Below, in pieces: positions 18,251-27,579 of a DNA stretch of 32,000 nt (the first letter of the stretch is position 1; each line of letters begins with the position of its first letter). The notes under the pieces are model-generated. The model searched no databases. It saw only the letters and a list, made by a program, of their open reading frames with translations, and had not been told where the DNA came from. The DNA comes from Defluviitaleaceae bacterium (lineage in GTDB: Bacteria > Bacillota > Clostridia > Lachnospirales > WQUN01): assembly GCA_009779755.1 (NCBI GenBank), contig WRDO01000029.1, positions 1 to 32,000 of the forward strand, read 5' to 3'. The translations under genes and the position numbers were made by a program.

Positions 18251-18361
18251 ACAAGGCGTGGCGTTGTACGAATTGCTCGAAGAAAGCAAGACGAAGCGGC
18301 GACACAAAACGCAACCCCCTTCCGACGCCGCCGAGCCGGTGGACTTCCACCCCACCCGCGG

Positions 18362-18390
18362 TACACAAAAAAGGAAATAAACGGTATAAT
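18362..18390 (+). promoter_or_regulatory. Candidate sigma-A promoter for the thioesterase gene
   Basis: TATAAT at 18385-18390, tacaca (4/6 match to the -35 consensus) at 18362-18367, 17-nt spacer. AAGGAGGG SD at 18407-18414. Confidence 0.4.
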
Positions 18391-18423
18391 CAAACGATTT
18401 TGTGACAAGGAGGGTACAACCTA

Positions 18424-19152
18424 TTGGATAAGACAATGATTTCGTATTACGATCTGGATTGCAACGGCACGCTTAAATTCTCCGCGTTTTTGCGGATGGT
18501 GCATATCGCCGCCGACATCAACGCGACGGAGCTGGGCGTGGGCTTCGCGCAGCTTGCCCCGCTGGGCATGAGCTTCGTGCTTCAGCGCTTCAGCGCCCAT
18601 GTATATGAAGCACTCCCCGCTTACGGCGAAGAGGTGCAAATCCGTACATGGCCCGCTTCCGTTGAACGCGGCACCTTCATCCGCAAGGGTAAAATGTTGG
18701 ACAAAAAAGGCCGCAAGCGCTTGGAATGGGCAAGCCTGTGGCTTTTGTTTGATTTAAACGAACGGAAGATTTTACGGCCTTCCGCTTTACCCGTGGATTT
18801 TTCCGCTATGGGGTTGGGCGACGAAGGCGTTTCAACCACGCCGGAGAAAATCGACATACCCGCCGATTGGCCCGAATGGGGGCAACCGCATAACGCGTAC
18901 ACGCACACGGTACGCTACGCCGACGTGGACACCAACATGCATATGAATAACGCCGTCTACGGCGATTTGGTCGGTAATGCGGCCAACGGATCCGAATGGC
19001 GGGCTTTTCATATCAACTACCTCGCCGAAACGCGGTTAAATGAAAAAATCGCCGTTACCTCCCGTAAGGGAAGCAACGGTGAAATCCTGATCGTCGGTGA
19101 AAACGAAAACCGCCGTCCCTTCGCGGCGCGTGTGGTTTATCAAGCGATATAA
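18424..19152 (+). CDS. Acyl-ACP thioesterase (double hot-dog, FatA/B-like bacterial family)
   Basis: TTG start 9 nt after AAGGAGGG. Motifs YYDLD.NG.L, MSFVLQRF, IRTWP, WLLFDLNERKI and HTVRYADVDTNMHMNNAVY. Confidence 0.8.
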   Translation: MDKTMISYYDLDCNGTLKFSAFLRMVHIAADINATELGVGFAQLAPLGMSFVLQRFSAHVYEALPAYGEEVQIRTWPASVERGTFIRKGKMLDKKGRKRLEWASLWLLFDLNERKILRPSALPVDFSAMGLGDEGVSTTPEKIDIPADWPEWGQPHNAYTHTVRYADVDTNMHMNNAVYGDLVGNAANGSEWRAFHINYLAETRLNEKIAVTSRKGSNGEILIVGENENRRPFAARVVYQAI

Positions 19153-19182
19153 AACGATCCGTTTATTATTGCCATAAAACGG

Positions 19183-19211
19183 TTGAATTAAACGTAATAA
19201 TGATATATATT
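19183..19211 (+). promoter_or_regulatory. Candidate sigma-A promoter for the REC / hydrogenase-MCP operon
   Basis: TTGAAT (19183-19188), 17-nt spacer, TATATT (19206-19211). An alternative reading is TGaTATATA as an extended -10. Confidence 0.45.
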
Positions 19212-19247
19212 TCATATAAAATCTATGCATAATAAGAGAGGGAAATT

Positions 19248-19625
19248 ATGGAGAGAAAAACAATTGCCGTGGTTGACGACCAACCGTTTATTTGCGATTT
19301 GGTAAAAAAACTGTTGGGTTCCGATTATGAAGTGCATACCTTTATGAATGGTAAAAGCATGGTTGACTTCGCAGCAAACAAACAGATCGATTTGTTTTTA
19401 TTGGATTACGACATGCCCGAAATGACGGGGTATGAGGTGTTGCTTGCCTTGCGGACCGGTAAGCATAACGCAAAGACACCTGCAATATTCCTTACAGCTG
19501 AAACCAACGAACGCATGAAAAAGGAAATGCTGGGACGCGGTGCCAACGATTACCTGAACAAACCCATCAACTCAACCGAGTTGCGCCAATGCGTAAAAAA
19601 ATATTTATCATCCGTGGGGGGATAA
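19248..19625 (+). CDS. Single-domain CheY-like response regulator receiver
   Basis: 125 aa with motifs VVDDQ, LFLLDYDMPEMTG, FLTA and KP. There is no output domain. Confidence 0.9.
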   Translation: MERKTIAVVDDQPFICDLVKKLLGSDYEVHTFMNGKSMVDFAANKQIDLFLLDYDMPEMTGYEVLLALRTGKHNAKTPAIFLTAETNERMKKEMLGRGANDYLNKPINSTELRQCVKKYLSSVGG

Positions 19626-19628
19626 AAA

Positions 19629-21344
19629 ATGCGCAAACTGATTACCGAAAAGATTGAACTGTGTGTTTCTTGCAACCGTTGTATACGGGCGTGTCCCGCG
19701 GACGGCGCGAATACCGCGGCCATACAAAGCGACGGCAGTATCGTGGTTCATGTCAACTATGAACGTTGTATCTCGTGCGGATCGTGTATTAACGCTTGCC
19801 ACCATGGCGCGAGGGATTATGAAGACGATACGATTACCTTCCTGAGGGATTTGGAACGGGGCGCCTCAATTTCCTTGATTGTGGCCCCTGCCAACCGTAT
19901 CAGCGGAATGGGCGGCCGTTTACTTACTTGGCTTAAGCATAAAGGCGTGCGCAAAATTTATGACGTTTCCCTTGGGGCCGATATCTGCACATGGGCACAT
20001 ATCCGCACGATCGAAAATGAAAAACCCCAATCGGTGATTACGCAACCCTGCCCGGCCGTCGTGAACTACATCCAAATCTTCGAACACGGATTGTTGAAAT
20101 ACCTGTCACCCGTACATAGCCCCATGCTGTGCACGGCGATTTATATGAACCAATACGAAAGGATCAGTGACAGCATCGCGGCTATTTCTCCTTGCATCGC
20201 CAAGACCCATGAGTTTGACGCGACCCGATTGGTCAAATACAACGTAACACTCAAAAAGCTGTACGACTACGTGCGGGAAAACAATATCCATCTTCCTATG
20301 GAGGAGACCCCCTTCGACCATATGGAATCAGCTTACGGGCGCTTGTATTCCATGCCGGGCGGCCTGAAGGAAAACATGCAGAATTATTTCGGTAAAACGC
20401 TGAGGGTGGACCAAGCCGAAGGTCCGGATATCGTATACGACGCGCTCAAAGCGTTCGCCAACGAAAGCACGGACTGCTTACCTACGGTGTTTGACGTATT
20501 AAACTGCGCTGAGGGTTGCAATTTGGGGACAGGCATTGAACATGCGTGCTCCCGTTTTAGGGCAAACCACATCATGGACGGTAATCGGAAGGAAGTGGTG
20601 GAAACTTTTGACGCGGACAAGTATAACGAGATGCTTGAGGATTTTGACAGTCGGCTTAACCTCAGCTCTTTCCTGCGCAGGTACACGCCGATAAATATCA
20701 AGCGCTTCAACATAAACCAAAACGACATCGATAAATGCTTCGAACGTATGCATAAATATAATGAAGTGGACAAGACCTATGATTGCGGCGCGTGCGGCAG
20801 GAACACCTGCTTGGAAATGGTAATGAACATCATCCGAGGATTTGATATACCGGAAAACTGTATCAAGATGCTTCACGACATCGTAACCGAAAAGCAAAAA
20901 ACCGTATTGGATATCGCCACTTCCAACTTAGAGAGTATGGACCTGCTTACCAGCGACATCGGCGAAATCATCAACAAATCCGCTTCTATTTCCGAGCGGG
21001 TCAGCACCCTCAACGAAGCGATCTTAAAATATAAAAAAATCGCGTCGGATATCGTCTCCCTTTCGTCCCATACGAATCTGATATCGTTAAACGCCGCAAT
21101 CGAAGCGGCACGGGCGGGCGTACACGGGCGGGCGTTTGCCGTAGTGGCGGAAGAAATACGCCAACTCGCCGGCAAGACAAAAAATACGTTGTCGGAATCG
21201 GAAGATATTTCCAAGCAAGCGATCAACTCCATCAAATCCATCATGGAAATGACGGGAAGCATATCCTCGGATATCGAAAAGGCGCATATCAGTATCTCCA
21301 TCGTATACCAGAGCCTTAATAATATCCTGGAGGGTGAAAAATAA
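19629..21344 (+). CDS. Soluble [FeFe]-hydrogenase-like sensory protein fused to a methyl-accepting chemotaxis (MCP) signalling domain
   Basis: Two ferredoxin motifs, [12 protein letters not shown] and [13 protein letters not shown]-cluster-like motifs TQPCP (Cys141, nt 20049), SPCIAKTHE and [11 protein letters not shown]386-x2-C-x4-C-x16-C411 motif (nt 20784-20861). C-terminal MCP hairpin [31 protein letters not shown]. No TM segment. Confidence 0.85.
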   Translation: MRKLITEKIELCVSCNRCIRACPADGANTAAIQSDGSIVVHVNYERCISCGSCINACHHGARDYEDDTITFLRDLERGASISLIVAPANRISGMGGRLLTWLKHKGVRKIYDVSLGADICTWAHIRTIENEKPQSVITQPCPAVVNYIQIFEHGLLKYLSPVHSPMLCTAIYMNQYERISDSIAAISPCIAKTHEFDATRLVKYNVTLKKLYDYVRENNIHLPMEETPFDHMESAYGRLYSMPGGLKENMQNYFGKTLRVDQAEGPDIVYDALKAFANESTDCLPTVFDVLNCAEGCNLGTGIEHACSRFRANHIMDGNRKEVVETFDADKYNEMLEDFDSRLNLSSFLRRYTPINIKRFNINQNDIDKCFERMHKYNEVDKTYDCGACGRNTCLEMVMNIIRGFDIPENCIKMLHDIVTEKQKTVLDIATSNLESMDLLTSDIGEIINKSASISERVSTLNEAILKYKKIASDIVSLSSHTNLISLNAAIEAARAGVHGRAFAVVAEEIRQLAGKTKNTLSESEDISKQAINSIKSIMEMTGSISSDIEKAHISISIVYQSLNNILEGEK

Positions 21345-21352
21345 CCCGTCGG

Positions 21353-24130
21353 CTAACCGTTGGCGCGTTTTAACAACCAGAGCTCCACGTTATTTAAAAG
21401 TTCCAACGCGTCGTTGATAAACGGCGCGTTTTTTTCGTACACGCCGTTATAATCACCGTTTTTCGCCATATCCTCGATGATCTGCGCCTGTTTCGCCAAC
21501 ACCTCCGCGCCGATACATGCGCTGTTCCCTTTAATCGCGTGTATGAGCGTCGCGTAGTCCGACAGGGTTTCCGGGGTCAGTCCGCGCATCTTTTCCACAA
21601 CGTCGGGTACGTTTTGCAAATAGGATTGGAACGCGTATTCCAGCATTTCCATGCTGTTATCGTACAGGGCAAGCCCCGCGGTAATATTAACGCCGGGCAA
21701 TTCCCGCCCCGGTTCCTTTTCGTTGATAAACTTGTTGAGCATAATGTCCAGCAAACGCAGGTCTATGGGTTTGCTGAGGAATCCGTCAAAACCTTCGGCC
21801 AAAAGGAGTTTATCCTGCCCCGCTATGGCGTTTGCCGTGAATGCGATGATTTTGCCGCGATATCCCAGCTCGCGAATACGCTTAGCTGCCTCTGTGCCGT
21901 TCATTATGGGCATCATTTGGTCCATAAAAATGATATCGTATGCGTTTCCGCTTTTAACATATTCGATCGCTTCATAACCGCTTATCGCCGTATCGACTTT
22001 TAATTCATACGGCTTAAGCAGCATACTCGTCACGTGCAGGTTCATGGAGGAATCGTCCACGAGTAATATGTGGCCGTTTGGCATGATCGTCCTCGGGGTT
22101 GACCTCCTTTCCCGATATAGTGAGGTAGTTTGACGGAATTGGAAGGTACGCAGCTTGTGCGCAACATCTTCGCCGATTACGGCGGTGTCGGGAACGGTAC
22201 CCTGAGGCAAACGCACGATAAACGACGTGCCCTCGCCAACCTCGCTGTCAACGTCCATCATACCGTTCATCAAACCGATCAAATGGTTGGTAATGGAGAG
22301 TCCGAGACCCGTTCCCTTTATGACGGCATCCTCATGGAAGCGCGTATACATGGTAAACAACATACCGAGCTGTTCCCTTGTCATGCCGTGCCCGGTATCC
22401 TTTATACATAAAATCAATGCCGTATCGCCCGTAATCGAGTCCCGCTCGGTAAAGACGGTGAAGGTCACCTTGCCCGAATCGGTATACTTAAACGCGTTGG
22501 AAAGCAGGTTGTTTAGTATCTGCTTGATGCGGAGCTCGTCGCCGATCAACTTCGACGGAATGTTGGCGTCTACGTCCAATTCGAAGCGGATATCCTTGCC
22601 TTCGATACGGAGCATGTTTAATTGGACGCTGTCGTGGATCATGTTTGCCGTGTCGTACGGTCCGGGGTTGATTTCCATTTTTCCTTCTTCTATTTTCGAC
22701 AAATCCAATATATCGTTAATGATATGCAAAAGCATTTCGCAGGAGATAAACATTTTATCCAGTTCATCCTGTGCGTCCGGGGGGATTTCCTTATTGCGCC
22801 TTAATATTTCGGTAATGCCCATAACGGCGTTCATCGGCGTACGGATTTCATGGCTCATATTAGCGAGGAACCTGCTTTTATGTTGGCTTGCTTCGGTTGC
22901 CTGTATTTTTTCCGCGGTAATTTCGCCGGCGTTGGAAATCATTTGGTTAAACGCTTCCGTCAGTTTATAAACGATGATCACACCCACGACCAATAACAGG
23001 GCACCCGCGATGATCACGAGTATGACCGTCAAACGCATAGCCGTGCTTCCGGCCGAATACGATTTACTTTGGATATATGATTCGATAAACGAAGCCGGCG
23101 CGATGACTTCGTCGACATCCATGATAATAACGACACTCCACGGCAATGCTTGCAGGTGTTCGTGAATAATGATACGTTCCACGCCTCCGATCGAAAGGCG
23201 CTCGATACCGGATGTCCTTTCGATTATCCTTTCGGCGATCTCCGGAGGGTAGAATTCGGTTGCGAATAAATTCTCCCATACGATGCTTCCGTTGATATCG
23301 CGCCTCGGCCTGCCGGAGAATAAGACGTCCGCGTATTCGTTGACCATAAGGACGTGGCCCGTTTCACCGATTTCCGTGGAGATAAGGACGGCGCCCAAAT
23401 TATCCAGCATAATATTCATGCCCACCACGCCGGCTATGTTCCCATTTTCGTCATGATAGGGTTTTGTGCAGGAAATGGCATACATGCCACGGGTAAGATC
23501 CACGAATACGGGCGACCAAACGATATCATCCTGTTCAACCGCGAGTATGTACCACGGACGGGTCCTGGGTTCAAAAACATGGGTTTTCATATGGGAATCC
23601 CTGTCTACGGATATGGATATACCCGTTTCCGAACCTAAATAAACCGTCCTTGCGATATCGCTGTGGGTATAGATCGGGATTAAAATATCCTCGATATTTG
23701 CCATCAACATCAGTTCATCAAGGGTATCCGCTTCCGTCACATCCGCGGGAAGCCTTAGTTGGGAAACGATAACACCTTCGTTTGCCGGATCGGGGAAGTG
23801 TATATGCCTTTTTAAGAATCCTTCGGGCGCGGATTTGATTGTGGTCGCCACTTGGGATGCCATGGACACATACCCCATCACGCTTGACAATTTCTTATCA
23901 ACCAAATTGGCTTTGTTGTGCGCCAAAAGCGAGAGGTGGTATTCAGCTTGGTTTGTGAATTGTTGGTTGCTTTCGTCCGACAGGGTTTCGCTCAAATCAT
24001 GGATGATACCCATCGCGTTGTTGATAACGATCGCCAAACCGACCCCCATAACCGAAATTACGGTCATGACAAGGATGATTACGGTTTTGGTTGTTTGCAT
24101 CCTTAATTTGTGTAAAATCGCATTGTCCAA
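21353..24130 (-). CDS. Hybrid sensor histidine kinase: TM, double-Cache-like ectodomain, TM, HisKA, HATPase, REC, Hpt
   Basis: 925 aa. H-box [19 protein letters not shown]-boxes DTGHGM / GTGLGLSIT. Receiver IIFMDQMMPIMNG. Hpt HAIKGNSACIGA. Confidence 0.93.
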   Translation of the reverse strand: MDNAILHKLRMQTTKTVIILVMTVISVMGVGLAIVINNAMGIIHDLSETLSDESNQQFTNQAEYHLSLLAHNKANLVDKKLSSVMGYVSMASQVATTIKSAPEGFLKRHIHFPDPANEGVIVSQLRLPADVTEADTLDELMLMANIEDILIPIYTHSDIARTVYLGSETGISISVDRDSHMKTHVFEPRTRPWYILAVEQDDIVWSPVFVDLTRGMYAISCTKPYHDENGNIAGVVGMNIMLDNLGAVLISTEIGETGHVLMVNEYADVLFSGRPRRDINGSIVWENLFATEFYPPEIAERIIERTSGIERLSIGGVERIIIHEHLQALPWSVVIIMDVDEVIAPASFIESYIQSKSYSAGSTAMRLTVILVIIAGALLLVVGVIIVYKLTEAFNQMISNAGEITAEKIQATEASQHKSRFLANMSHEIRTPMNAVMGITEILRRNKEIPPDAQDELDKMFISCEMLLHIINDILDLSKIEEGKMEINPGPYDTANMIHDSVQLNMLRIEGKDIRFELDVDANIPSKLIGDELRIKQILNNLLSNAFKYTDSGKVTFTVFTERDSITGDTALILCIKDTGHGMTREQLGMLFTMYTRFHEDAVIKGTGLGLSITNHLIGLMNGMMDVDSEVGEGTSFIVRLPQGTVPDTAVIGEDVAHKLRTFQFRQTTSLYRERRSTPRTIMPNGHILLVDDSSMNLHVTSMLLKPYELKVDTAISGYEAIEYVKSGNAYDIIFMDQMMPIMNGTEAAKRIRELGYRGKIIAFTANAIAGQDKLLLAEGFDGFLSKPIDLRLLDIMLNKFINEKEPGRELPGVNITAGLALYDNSMEMLEYAFQSYLQNVPDVVEKMRGLTPETLSDYATLIHAIKGNSACIGAEVLAKQAQIIEDMAKNGDYNGVYEKNAPFINDALELLNNVELWLLKRANG

Positions 24131-24182
24131 CGCTATCCCTCTCCCCCAAACGAATTACGCGTATCGTTAAACAGCCGTTCCC

Positions 24183-25874
24183 TTACGGCGCGGTTGGTTT
24201 ATACGAACTCTTAAGCCCTACCGTGCGGTTAAATACGGGTTTCCCGTTTTCGGAATCCTTTATATCCAAGCAAAAATACCCTTGCCGCATAAATTGGAAA
24301 CGGTCTTCTTCCTTGGCGTTGGCTAGCGACGGTTCGGCCAAGGCGTTTTCCATAATGACGATTGATTCCGGGTTCATGACAAAACCCGCTTCCGTTCCGG
24401 GTGCGTCCGATACGAGCGTGTCGTATAAACGGGCGGTGATCGGCAACGCCTCCGCCGCGCTTACCCAGTGCAGCACGCCCTTAACCTTGCGGGTTTCCAT
24501 ACCTTCGGTCGCCGCGGTACCGCTCTTCGTGGTTGGGTCGTAGGTGCATCGTACGGCCGTGATATTCCCGTCCCCGTCCTTTTCCACACCCGTACACAGT
24601 ACGATATACGCGCCCTTCAAACGCACTTCCTTGCCCGGCGCCAATCGGAAGAACTTTTTCTCGGGTTCCTCCATAAAATCCGAACGTTCTATATATATGT
24701 CCCTTGAAAAAGGAACATTTCGGCAGCCTTCTTCGGGATTATCCAAGCTGTACGGGATATCAAGTATTTCTGTCTGCTCTTCGGGGTAATTTTCGATGAT
24801 GACCTTCAACGGGTCGAGCACGGCCATCACAACCTTGCAAAGCGGCTTTAAGTGTTCGCGTACATAGTGCTCCATCAGGCCGAAATCCACCGTACTCTGC
24901 GCCTTGGCCACGCCCGTTTGCCCCAAAAATTCCCTGATAGCCGACGCGGGGTAGCCCCTGCGCTTCATGCCGCTGATGGTTACCAGACGGGGGTCGTCCC
25001 AGCCGCTGATCTTCCCTTCGGTCACCAGCTTACGGATGTGCCGCTTACCCATGACCGTATTCGTCACGGATAAGGATGCGAATTCCATTTGCCGCGGCTT
25101 GACGGTAAAGCGGTCCAGATTGTTTACGTACCATTCATATATGGGCCGATGGTCCTCAAATTCCACGTTGCACAACGAATGTGTAATCCCTTCGATGGCG
25201 TCTTCCAACGGGTGCGCGTAGTCATACATGGGGTAAATGCACCATGTATCGCCCGTGTTCGAATGCGTTTTACGGGTGATTCGGTACATTACCGGATCGC
25301 GCAGGTTTAAATTGGGGGAAGCCATGTCGATTTTCGCCCGCAGGGTTTTGGAACCGTCAGGGAATTCGCCGTCCTTCATACGGGCGAACAAATCGAGGTT
25401 TTCCTCCACGGAACGGTTGCGGTACGGGCTTTCCGTCCCCGCCTTGTCGATCCCGCCGAAGGAGGCGCGGATTTCCTCCGCGCTCATATCGCATACGAAG
25501 GCCAAACCTTTCTTAATCAAATCCACCGCGCAATCATAAAACGTATCGAAATAATCGGAGGCAAACAGCACATCGCCGTCCCATTCGTACCCCAGCCAGC
25601 GGATTTCGTCTTGGATGGCCTGCACGAATTCGGCTTCTTCCTTTACGGGGTTGGTGTCGTCCATACGCAGGTTGCATTTGCCGCCGTATATCTTGGCCAA
25701 CTCAAAATTGATATACACCGCCTTGGCATTGCCGATATGAAGAAAGCCCCCCGGCTCGGGCGGGAAGCGTGTACGCAAGTCGCTTGTGCGCCCCGCCAAA
25801 TCCCCCCGGATAGCGGTATGGATAAAAGCGCCCGTATTTAGTAGAATGTGACCGTTATCTTCGTGTGTCATCAT
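24183..25874 (-). CDS. glnS: Glutaminyl-tRNA synthetase
   Basis: TRFPPEPGGFLHIGNAKA (HIGH motif), VMGKR (KMSKS-like), and collinear with GlnRS throughout. The exact start is uncertain (ATG 25874, 25871 or 25883 near GGAGG). Confidence 0.93.
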   Translation of the reverse strand: MMTHEDNGHILLNTGAFIHTAIRGDLAGRTSDLRTRFPPEPGGFLHIGNAKAVYINFELAKIYGGKCNLRMDDTNPVKEEAEFVQAIQDEIRWLGYEWDGDVLFASDYFDTFYDCAVDLIKKGLAFVCDMSAEEIRASFGGIDKAGTESPYRNRSVEENLDLFARMKDGEFPDGSKTLRAKIDMASPNLNLRDPVMYRITRKTHSNTGDTWCIYPMYDYAHPLEDAIEGITHSLCNVEFEDHRPIYEWYVNNLDRFTVKPRQMEFASLSVTNTVMGKRHIRKLVTEGKISGWDDPRLVTISGMKRRGYPASAIREFLGQTGVAKAQSTVDFGLMEHYVREHLKPLCKVVMAVLDPLKVIIENYPEEQTEILDIPYSLDNPEEGCRNVPFSRDIYIERSDFMEEPEKKFFRLAPGKEVRLKGAYIVLCTGVEKDGDGNITAVRCTYDPTTKSGTAATEGMETRKVKGVLHWVSAAEALPITARLYDTLVSDAPGTEAGFVMNPESIVIMENALAEPSLANAKEEDRFQFMRQGYFCLDIKDSENGKPVFNRTVGLKSSYKPTAP

Positions 25875-25949
25875 TACCTCCATGGTATGGGAATGCCACA
25901 TTTATACAGTAAAAGCGCGCCGTATACAAGGTGTGCGGAGGGGACGGGT

Positions 25950-26390
25950 ATGCTGCACCCATACGACGGGAAGGATTTCGAGGATTGCGTGGAGTTGTTT
26001 ATCGCGGCTTTTTCCGCGCCGCCGCTTAATTATCGGTTCACAACCCGCGGGAAAACCCGACGGTACTTAAGCGATATCACCCATATGCCGGGGTTTATCG
26101 GTTTTGTTTATAAAATCGGGGGGAAACCCGCCGCTTTTTGCTTCGGTGTTACCGACGATTATTTCCATGACCCGCAATACGACATAAAAGAATTCGCCGT
26201 CCGCCCCGACCTGCACGGCAAAGGTACGGGTTCCGCTTTCCTGTCCGCAATCGAATCCCATTTATCAAAAAACGGCGTCATCGCCGTTTCCTTGCAAACG
26301 TCCCGTTTAATCCCCGCTTGCGGCTTCTACAAAAAAAACGGCTTCGTCGAAAATGACGAAACCGTTACCCTATCGAAGTCATTAGGCTAG
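25950..26390 (+). CDS. GNAT-family N-acetyltransferase
   Basis: ATG at 25950 follows GGAGGGG. Acetyl-CoA motif VRPDLHGKGTGSAFL and C-terminal FYKKNGF. Confidence 0.8.
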   Translation: MLHPYDGKDFEDCVELFIAAFSAPPLNYRFTTRGKTRRYLSDITHMPGFIGFVYKIGGKPAAFCFGVTDDYFHDPQYDIKEFAVRPDLHGKGTGSAFLSAIESHLSKNGVIAVSLQTSRLIPACGFYKKNGFVENDETVTLSKSLG

Positions 26391-26782
26391 CTCGCGTTCG
26401 CGTTTGGGTTCGACCGCGCCAGCTTCATCGCTTCTTTCCACGTATCGCGGAAGAAACGGAACATACCGAGCACTTCATTTAGTATAACCGCGTCTTTTTT
26501 AAAGTTGGCCTCTACCAGCTTACGGAACATATAATCGTACAGGCTGTTAAATTCCTTTGATATAGGGTACTTGTGGTCGAGCGTAATTTGGAACTCGCGC
26601 ACGATATCCTGTACACGCAGTATCAATTCGTTGGCCTTGCCGATGTCCTTTTTTTCGATAGCCATCAAAGCCTGATTGCAAAACTTGATCCCACCCTCAT
26701 ATAACATAAGGGTCAATTCCTCTTTCGAAGCGGACATGATCGCGTCGTCCTGCATTTTTGTGTACGGATTTATTTTTACCAT
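26387..26782 (-). CDS. fliS: Flagellar export chaperone FliS
   Basis: 131 aa. SKEELTLMLYEGGIKF...A, ...KANELILRVQDIV.E and ...LYDYM match the FliS four-helix-bundle pattern. Confidence 0.9.
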   Translation of the reverse strand: MVKINPYTKMQDDAIMSASKEELTLMLYEGGIKFCNQALMAIEKKDIGKANELILRVQDIVREFQITLDHKYPISKEFNSLYDYMFRKLVEANFKKDAVILNEVLGMFRFFRDTWKEAMKLARSNPNANAS

Positions 26783-26800
26783 GTGTCCGTCGTCCTTTCC

Positions 26801-27154
26801 CTAACCCTTTTTGTCCAAAATGAGTCCCGCCATTTCCATCAGGCTTGCATGGGCGTCCAGGACCCTTTCCGGAGGGATTTCCCTGATGACCTCGCGCGTT
26901 TCGGAATTGTAGACCTTCACCATAACGCGGTTGGTGGCTTCGTGCAGGTTGATGCTCATGTGCCTCGCGTAGGTCGCAAGGGATTTGTTGAGCTCGGCGA
27001 CGGCCCGCTCCAGCTTTACTTCGCTGCGCTCGATCGCACGCGTCAATTCCGCTTCGTCTATCGACGGCACCGATTCCTGTTCCACGGGCACCGTTTCCGT
27101 GGTTACGGATACGGGCGGCGGCGGCGCGGGATATGCTACCCGGTTAACATCCAT
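26801..27154 (-). CDS. flaG: Flagellar protein FlaG
   Basis: The C-terminus INLHEATNRVMVKVYNSETREVIREIPPERVLDAHASLMEMAGLILDKKG is typical of the FlaG family. AGGAGG SD. Confidence 0.8.
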   Translation of the reverse strand: MDVNRVAYPAPPPPVSVTTETVPVEQESVPSIDEAELTRAIERSEVKLERAVAELNKSLATYARHMSINLHEATNRVMVKVYNSETREVIREIPPERVLDAHASLMEMAGLILDKKG

Positions 27155-27180
27155 ATTAATCTTCCTCCTTTTTAATGGGA

Positions 27181-27579
27181 TTATTTTTTGGTGTCAACAT
27201 ACCGGTAATGGTCGTCCGCCGCGCCCGTGTTATAGGCATCGCTTACATGGCGGGCCGTTTTCGCTTCCTTGATGGAGTATCTCATGTTGTCGTGTATACG
27301 TTTTATATGGATTTGATTTCGTTTATCCAATTCGCCGATTTCGGTTATGCGCTTCATGATGTCGGCGAACTCGGGGGTTGCGCGGGCTTCGTCGTTTAAT
27401 TCCCCGCGCAGCTCGGTCATTTCCGAAATCAATATCTCTCGCTCTTCGACCAAATCCGCGAAGGCTTCCGCTTCATCCCGTTCGTTTTCCTTTTTCCCGG
27501 AGAAGCATAATTCATCCGTTAATCGGTATATTTCGTCGAGCAGTTCACGGGCACGTTCCAATACGGGGTAATGGTCCAT
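27181..27579 (-). CDS. Small helical flagellar-locus protein, FliT-like (tentative)
   Basis: 132 aa, acidic coiled coil. TAATG overlap with the fliD stop. Its position in the fliD/fliS/flaG cluster and its helical pattern resemble Firmicutes FliT, but there is no diagnostic motif. Confidence 0.4.
   Translation of the reverse strand: MDHYPVLERARELLDEIYRLTDELCFSGKKENERDEAEAFADLVEEREILISEMTELRGELNDEARATPEFADIMKRITEIGELDKRNQIHIKRIHDNMRYSIKEAKTARHVSDAYNTGAADDHYRYVDTKK

Noticed and set aside
18258-18383. A 41-codon GTG-initiated ORF (VALYELLEESKTKRRHKTQPP...) in the GC-rich spacer between the MazF-like gene and the thioesterase
   Set aside because: It has no proper SD and a non-ATG start, and both strands are open here simply because of base composition. 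The small GGTGG/CCACC hairpin in the spacer lacks a T-run, so no terminator or sRNA could be supported either.
24183-25874. GlnRS as an anomaly in a Gram-positive-type genome
   Set aside because: Many Clostridia encode a genuine glnS alongside, or instead of, the transamidation route, so it is not unusual by itself.
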